DNA of 64,000 nucleotides from an uncultured Staphylococcaceae bacterium (GTDB lineage Bacteria; Bacillota_I; Bacilli_A; ML615J-28; CAG-313): NCBI GenBank assembly GCA_964409955.1, contig CAYPEY010000005.1, positions 700 to 64,699 of the forward strand, read 5' to 3'. Shown piece by piece: positions 58,851 to 64,000 of this stretch (position 1 is its first letter; each line of letters starts with the position of its first letter). The notes under the pieces were generated by a model. It saw only the letters and a program-made list of their open reading frames with translations, ran no database searches and was not told where the DNA came from. The position numbers and the translations under genes were made by a program.

Positions 58851-59792
58851 TTATTGAATCTCCTTAATTATTTCTTTAACATTTTCATGTGTGCATTTTT
58901 CGATAAATTCTTCTTTATCCATCCATTGAACGGATACCATTCTTTCTTCTTTAGGAATTGGATTACCTTCTTCTTTTACTTCAAATAAAAATGGTACGAT
59001 AGTTTTTCTAATAAGTTTATTTGATGGAGTTAAAAACTCATAAGAATATGAAGTTAATTCTTTTACTAAATCTTCTTTAGAAACAATAATATTTGTTTCT
59101 TCATAACATTCTCTTATAGCAGTTTCAATTATAGATTCATTTTCTTCTTTATGACCTTTAGGTAAAGATAATGTTTCTTTTCCATAAATTATTTCATTTG
59201 TTGAAAGAATTTTACCATTACACATTACCACTGCCATAGCACTTAATTCTACTTTTGCTTTAGTTGGATTAATAAATTCATCAATCATCATTTTTAATTC
59301 ATCAACTTCTAAAATTGAATCTTTTAATTTTAAATTATACTTATGTCTTTCAATACCTAACACATGATTAGTATACTTTGTATTTTCAAACCATTTTTCA
59401 AAGCAAGAAATAAAATCTGGTGATTTTTTTGAATCTCCATAAATTCCAATAATAAAAAGTCTTTTAACAAAATTTTCATATTTATCTCCATTATGCATAA
59501 AGAAATCTTGGCATCTTTCATTAAAGATAAAATATGATGAGGCTGGATTACCACAATACATAGGAACTATTAATACAACTTTTTGATAATCAGTCATTCT
59601 CTCTAAAAGATTATAAATATCATCATTACGATACTTACAACAATTATCAAAACATTCATAATCACAATTATTACAACTATGAATATTTAAATCTCTAAAA
59701 TATATAATTTTATCTTCTTCTGTTGCTAGATATTTAGCAATCTCATCACAATTGCCATCTTTTCTAGCGGAAAAACTAATAAATAATCGCAT
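58851..59792 (-). CDS. Flavodoxin-like (Isf-type Cys cluster) domain fused to a NUDIX hydrolase
   Basis: 313 aa. N-terminal half SCNNCDYECFDNCC...VPMYCGNPASS. C-terminal Nudix box GHKEENESIIETAIRECYEETNI. Confidence 0.75.
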   Translation of the reverse strand: MRLFISFSARKDGNCDEIAKYLATEEDKIIYFRDLNIHSCNNCDYECFDNCCKYRNDDIYNLLERMTDYQKVVLIVPMYCGNPASSYFIFNERCQDFFMHNGDKYENFVKRLFIIGIYGDSKKSPDFISCFEKWFENTKYTNHVLGIERHKYNLKLKDSILEVDELKMMIDEFINPTKAKVELSAMAVVMCNGKILSTNEIIYGKETLSLPKGHKEENESIIETAIRECYEETNIIVSKEDLVKELTSYSYEFLTPSNKLIRKTIVPFLFEVKEEGNPIPKEERMVSVQWMDKEEFIEKCTHENVKEIIKEIQ

Positions 59793-59842
59793 AAATTATG
59801 ACCTCCATAATGTATCAATGTATTATTATTCAAAATAAAATA

Positions 59843-60208
59843 TTAATAATCCCTTCTCACTAAAGAAGCAAGGAATAAAACTAATAAAAAGAAAACTATT
59901 GAACATATTGCAAAGATATGACTAGCAACTTTCATGTTCTTATGTTTAATAAAAAATGATAATATGCAATATAAAATAGCTATGCATATTAATGCTACTG
60001 ATATCCAAATCCACCCAATTGGATCATATTTTAAATTATCTACAATAGAATAGTAATGATCTCCCCTAATAGTTACCATATTACCTTCAGCATCCATACC
60101 AGGAATGACTGATACCTCGTGAAATAATTTAACATGAAATAACGGTAGTAACGATAAATTAATAAAGATTTCTATTATAGATAAAATATTATGTGTTTTT
60201 CTTTTCAT
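59843..60208 (-). CDS. Hypothetical membrane protein
   Basis: 121 aa with 3 predicted TM segments and SD aaaggtga, 10 nt after the upstream stop. Confidence 0.55.
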   Translation of the reverse strand: MKRKTHNILSIIEIFINLSLLPLFHVKLFHEVSVIPGMDAEGNMVTIRGDHYYSIVDNLKYDPIGWIWISVALICIAILYCILSFFIKHKNMKVASHIFAICSIVFFLLVLFLASLVRRDY

Positions 60209-60218
60209 AGCATCACCT

Positions 60219-60419
60219 TTATTTCTTTCTTAAATCTACAATCTTTTTAGCATCTGCTTCAGTTTTATAAAGTCTAGATTCTCTAACTTTATATCCACCA
60301 CTACTATTAGGATATTTTATTAAATACATACCACCCACAAATTTAACTACAACTACTTCTTTAATAAAAATAGTTGATTCTATAATATAAGCTTTATCTC
60401 CTGGATTAAATTTAGGCAT
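60219..60419 (-). CDS. Small hypothetical protein
   Basis: 66 aa with SD gaaagga. First gene of an apparent minus-strand operon. Confidence 0.5.
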   Translation of the reverse strand: MPKFNPGDKAYIIESTIFIKEVVVVKFVGGMYLIKYPNSSGGYKVRESRLYKTEADAKKIVDLRKK

Positions 60420-60671
60420 AGTATTTTCCTTTCGTAAATGCGGTTAAAGAGATTGAAACGAATAAATGTCCATTTAAATAATTTCAACCTCTTAAAATCA
60501 AGTTTTAAACATCATCAATAAGATAAACGATAATTTATTTGTCTTAAAATATATGATTATATCTAAAATTGTCTAACTAATTTTACCATACTTTTGAGAA
60601 AAATACAAAAATAATAAACAATTATTCGACATATTTTTAAGACTTTTATAAAACTTTTTTGAGAAGCAAAA

Positions 60672-60712
60672 AAATCTACCCAATGATATTCTCATTAAGT
60701 AGATTTTAAATT
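60672..60712 (-). terminator. Intrinsic terminator after the 60721 gene
   Basis: Long hairpin aaaatctac...gtagatttt with an inner aatga/tcatt pairing, followed by a T-run on the minus strand. Confidence 0.65.
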
Positions 60713-60720
60713 GCTTTTTT

Positions 60721-61293
60721 CTAATTTACAAAACTGTTTATAGCAATAAGATATGATATCAAAAAAATAAAAACAGAACTAACTATAAGCATAAAATTTA
60801 AAATTAACATTTTTCTTTTATGCTTTTCTTCTATAATTTTAACTAAACTGAATATAGAAACTACCATTAATAAAAAATATATTAAGAAGAAAGGAATAAT
60901 TTTAAGTTTTAACAGATTAGCAATTGAAGTTATAATTAAAGGCATAATAGCAGCTCCTCCATCAGGAGCAGAGTAAGTTACCTCTATGAACCCCATAAAA
61001 GATACAAAAAATAATACGATTGAAATAGAAATTCCTAAAATTGAAGTAAGATTAATTTTTTTGTTTATATCATTAAAACAAATAATTTGTTGTTTTAGAT
61101 CTTCTCTATCCAACAGCCATTCTTCTTCTACATTAAAAAATTCACATAACCCTTCAATGTTGGGATCACTTGGAAATCCGTTTCCCATCTCCCATTTGCA
61201 TATTGCGGATCTTGAAACATGAATTTCTTTAGCCAATTCTTCCTGAGTCAACCCTTTCTTTATTCTAAGTTCTTTTAATCGTTCGTGAAACAT
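60721..61293 (-). CDS. XRE-family HTH regulator with C-terminal transmembrane segments
   Basis: The tracked GTG at 61302 lies inside the SD agaggtga, so the ATG at 61293 is the likely start. LTQEELAKEIHVSRSAICKWEMG followed by about 3 TM helices. Confidence 0.75.
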   Translation of the reverse strand: MFHERLKELRIKKGLTQEELAKEIHVSRSAICKWEMGNGFPSDPNIEGLCEFFNVEEEWLLDREDLKQQIICFNDINKKINLTSILGISISIVLFFVSFMGFIEVTYSAPDGGAAIMPLIITSIANLLKLKIIPFFLIYFLLMVVSIFSLVKIIEEKHKRKMLILNFMLIVSSVFIFLISYLIAINSFVN

Positions 61294-61396
61294 TGGACTC
61301 ACCTCTTTCTTTGGTATCTATATTTTATCATAGTAATTAAAAAATTCCTTGCTACTTGTTTGCTACTTTTATTGTTTTTACAACGAAAGAAAAAAT

Positions 61397-61843
61397 CTAG
61401 CTATTGCTAGACTCAATTTTATTGATTTCTACAGGTGTTTTTCTTAAACTAAAAGTAATAAGAATATGAGGATAATATATCAATAAATCCCATATGATAA
61501 GATGAAGAAAATAATTATCAAGAAAATATTTTTCATCGTTTTTAAGAAAGGCTCGTTCTTCTTCAAAAGGAGTTAATCCCTTATCTTTTATTGATTCAAA
61601 TAATTCATATGCTTCTTTTAGATTATTATAATGTTCTTCAGGAATATATTGTTTTATAATCCACATATCTCTTAGCATTTCTGAATTATTACCTTTAAAC
61701 TGATTAAAGTAAAATACATGTCCGTGACTCATTGCATTACAATAAGTAACTAATTCATCTAATGGCGAATCTAATTTTCCCATTCTCCATAATCTCCACA
61801 TCTTGTTCCATTTTTTAATTGTCAAACTCTCTATTTTTCTCAT
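61397..61843 (-). CDS. Hypothetical protein (possible DUF4375/DMP19-like, very tentative)
   Basis: The second ATG (61843) is better spaced from SD aaagggga. The YCNAMSHGHVFYFNQF segment loosely recalls the NGGxxQYFxN motif. Confidence 0.45.
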   Translation of the reverse strand: MRKIESLTIKKWNKMWRLWRMGKLDSPLDELVTYCNAMSHGHVFYFNQFKGNNSEMLRDMWIIKQYIPEEHYNNLKEAYELFESIKDKGLTPFEEERAFLKNDEKYFLDNYFLHLIIWDLLIYYPHILITFSLRKTPVEINKIESSNS

Positions 61844-61926
61844 ATACATTTCCCCTTTGATTTGTCATAGTATATCAAAAAAAATAAAAACCTACCAAAC
61901 AATTATTTGATAGGTGATATTAGTAA

Positions 61927-62109
61927 TTATTTCTTTTTAGAAAAAATTTTAATTGGTATTATTATCCAAAAGAAACATAAAAAGAAAAACGCTTTAAAAC
62001 AAATCTTGATAATTTGCCATATAGCCCAATCGGATGTTTTCATAGAAGAAACTATTCTTTCTCCATTTTTTAACCTTGTAGTTCTATAAACTCTTGAACG
62101 ATAACTCAT
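61927..62109 (-). CDS. Small membrane protein
   Basis: 60 aa with SD aggag 9 nt upstream, 12 nt after the upstream stop. Hydrophobic C-terminus FFFLCFFWIIIPI. Confidence 0.45.
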   Translation of the reverse strand: MSYRSRVYRTTRLKNGERIVSSMKTSDWAIWQIIKICFKAFFFLCFFWIIIPIKIFSKKK

Positions 62110-62121
62110 TTTTTATGACTC

Positions 62122-62469
62122 CTAATTATATTTTTTATCTTCATATGGTTCTGAAGATAGACCTTCATTATTTAATTTATCAACAAGCTTATTTAACCTC
62201 TTTCTCCAAAAGTTTTTAAACCATTTTGTTTTTCCAAACATTTTAACAGCTAATGGACTAAATAAGTAATAAATTTTAATAAAAAGTCTTCCAAAACAAT
62301 TGTTTGATAATTTATAATCTCTAAATCTTCTTAATGTCCACACTTCTGGACAATCATATGAACCATAAACTGATGTTGCAATATAACATCCACTTTTAGC
62401 TCCTCTTCTTGCTCTTTTTGGGTCATAGCCCAATCTTCTCATATGTCTATATCTTTCTCTATAGCCCAT
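62122..62469 (-). CDS. Conserved hypothetical protein with a GCYIATSVYGSYDCPEVWTLRRFRD motif
   Basis: Tracked start is 62493. The ATG at 62469 (MGYRERY) follows SD ggaggtg at proper spacing. The motif recalls the widespread C(F/Y)IATA..YGS...V..LR.FRD family. Confidence 0.6.
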   Translation of the reverse strand: MGYRERYRHMRRLGYDPKRARRGAKSGCYIATSVYGSYDCPEVWTLRRFRDYKLSNNCFGRLFIKIYYLFSPLAVKMFGKTKWFKNFWRKRLNKLVDKLNNEGLSSEPYEDKKYN

Positions 62470-62593
62470 TAAAAACACCTCCATTTTATTCATCTATTAT
62501 TACAATAGGAGGTTCAAATAAGCATTATTATTAAGCGTTTATATTGAAAATCCAATAAAATTATTATATAATTTTAACGGAAAGTAAAAAAAA

Positions 62594-62662
62594 GACCATC
62601 TATTGTAATAATAGGTGGTCCTTTTCGTATATAAAGAAAACACTCTATATTGCAAGAGTGTT
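62594..62662 (-). terminator. Tandem terminators after the LRR gene
   Basis: aacactct/agagtgtt (62639-62662) and gaccatctatt/aataggtggtc (62594-62620), each followed by a T-run on the minus strand. Confidence 0.75.
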
Positions 62663-62678
62663 AAACTTAATTTATAGT

Positions 62679-64000
62679 TTATGATAATGAAGAACAATTT
62701 TCAAAAGCATTTTCAGCTATAAGTTTTACCTTAGATAAATCAATATCAGTTAATTTATAACAATCTTTAAATGCGTAATTTCCAATTGAAACCACATCAT
62801 TTAAGTCAACTGTTGTTAAATTTTCACAACCGATAAATGAACTACCAGCAATTGCATATACACTATTGCTTACACTAAATTCAGAAACAGTTTTATCCAC
62901 AACATCATATAATATCCAACCATTTGTAAATTTAACTAATTTGCCATTATTGTCTTCAATATAAGTTAATCCAGTACATCCTCCAAACACATGGCTACCA
63001 ATTAAAATTCCATTTTGATATGAAATAAAATCAATTTCTGTAATTGAACTACAATTATAGAATGCATAATCAACAATTTCGCTATCATATGTAATAACTT
63101 TAGTTAATGAACTAGGTATTGATTCGTTCCATACATAATCTTCTTCATGTGGGCGTTTACTATTTTCAAAATAATATCCTAATGGATAAGTAGTTAAAGA
63201 ATTTCTTGGTAAATACAATTCTTTTAAAGAAGTACAACCTTTAAAAGCCGCCGCTCCTATTAATTCAACTCTATTACTTGTTCTTGAATCGTTAAATACT
63301 TCTAAAGAACTACAATTTTCAAAAGCATAATTTCCAATAGATTTTGCCATAGCAAAACTACCATATGTTGGATTTAATGACGTACAATTTTTAAATGCTC
63401 TATCTTCAATAATTGTATCATCTATTATGTTAATATTTTCTAGTGATGTACATCCTTCAAACGCTCCTTCACCAATAGTGAAAGCTTTATTTCTTCCTTC
63501 AATAATTACCTCTTTCAAATTTGTCAATTCACTAAAACCACCTGCTCCAATTTTAGTTATTGGATAATTCCCCATATAATCAGGGATTGTTAAAGTAGTA
63601 ATATCCTTTTTGCTACCAGTAAATCCTAAGCTTAAGCCTACTTCAAATTCGCCTTCTTTATATTCACTAAAATATAATATTGGTAATGTTTCAGAATCTG
63701 TATAAGAGTCTCCACATTTATCACATGTATGCGTTGTATATCCGCCAGTTGTTTCCGTTGGATTTGTGACAACATCGATATAATTATGATTTGTAGGTTC
63801 AATATAATTCTCTTCTATTTCTCCACAAGCACTACATTCACGTATTTCTTTGCCATATAAAGTACAAGTTGCTTCTTCTACTAAAGTCCAATCGCCAAAT
63901 GAATGTCCATTACCTCCAGTTTCTGAAAAGCCTTCGGTTTTACCGCAAAATATACAACGTTTATATTCTGTGTGTCCTATAGTAGTACATGTTGGTTCAA
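62679..64000 (-). CDS. BspA-type leucine-rich-repeat surface protein with an N-terminal Cys-rich module (5' end outside the window)
   Basis: The frame stays open upstream of the tracked Met at 63575 as far as hand-translated (about 63779, ...IDVVTNPTETTGGYTTHTCDKCGDSYTD...TLTIPDYMGNYPIT...), and the 63780-64000 stretch is Cys-rich in the same style. The C-terminal part has repeated FxxCxSLxxI LRR units. Confidence 0.8.
   Translation of the reverse strand, partial: EPTCTTIGHTEYKRCIFCGKTEGFSETGGNGHSFGDWTLVEEATCTLYGKEIRECSACGEIEENYIEPTNHNYIDVVTNPTETTGGYTTHTCDKCGDSYTDSETLPILYFSEYKEGEFEVGLSLGFTGSKKDITTLTIPDYMGNYPITKIGAGGFSELTNLKEVIIEGRNKAFTIGEGAFEGCTSLENINIIDDTIIEDRAFKNCTSLNPTYGSFAMAKSIGNYAFENCSSLEVFNDSRTSNRVELIGAAAFKGCTSLKELYLPRNSLTTYPLGYYFENSKRPHEEDYVWNESIPSSLTKVITYDSEIVDYAFYNCSSITEIDFISYQNGILIGSHVFGGCTGLTYIEDNNGKLVKFTNGWILYDVVDKTVSEFSVSNSVYAIAGSSFIGCENLTTVDLNDVVSIGNYAFKDCYKLTDIDLSKVKLIAENAFENCSSLS

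Noticed and set aside
61907-62089. 60-aa plus-strand ORF
   Set aside because: It lies opposite the minus-strand 61927..62109 ORF, which has a proper SD and operon context. The plus-strand ORF has no SD and would be the only plus-strand gene in a 12-kb minus-strand block.
1-64000. CRISPR arrays, rRNA/tRNA genes, transposases/IS elements and prophage integrases
   Set aside because: All intergenic gaps over 100 bp were scanned. No regularly spaced repeats with unique spacers, no tRNA-like cloverleaf ends or rRNA signatures, and no transposase or integrase other than chromosomal xerD were seen.

Overview
This is a low-GC (by eye about 30%) Firmicutes chromosomal segment. It uses the standard genetic code: TGA acts as a stop at 4559-4561 and 10607-10609. 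Gene order resembles Bacillus: rnhC/mutS2, spoIVA-hup, rpsU-yqfC-yqfD, glyQS-dnaG-sigA-trmK, plsY/parE-parC, cmk-rpsA-der-gpsA, proS, nrdDG, lepA-hemW and spoIIM-xerD-deoB. Several sporulation genes (spoIVA, yqfC/D, spoIIM, spoVIF-like, GerM-like) indicate an endospore former. The main structural signal is at 50.8-51.6 kb. This 820-bp stretch has no genes and is where coding polarity flips: genes are almost all on + to its left and all on - to its right. It contains a 28-bp sequence (51234-51261) that matches the B. subtilis dif site at 25 of 28 positions, 1.6 kb from xerD, so the window probably spans the replication terminus. Accessory material is limited to a few places. At 6.1-8.7 kb there is an orphan AbiEi antitoxin, a truncated AbiEii toxin and an overlapping HTH-DUF3990/DUF3791-like pair, which is the best candidate for an uncharacterised toxin-antitoxin or defence-like module. 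An AAA_14/DUF4143 ATPase-nuclease gene sits at 55.5-56.8 kb. A degenerate-Fic/PHP gene pair lies next to dif. A minus-strand block of small regulators, membrane proteins, an Isf-Nudix fusion and a BspA-type LRR surface protein covers 58-64 kb. I saw no rRNA, tRNA, CRISPR array or transposase. All calls come from reading the sequence and recalling protein families, with no searches run.
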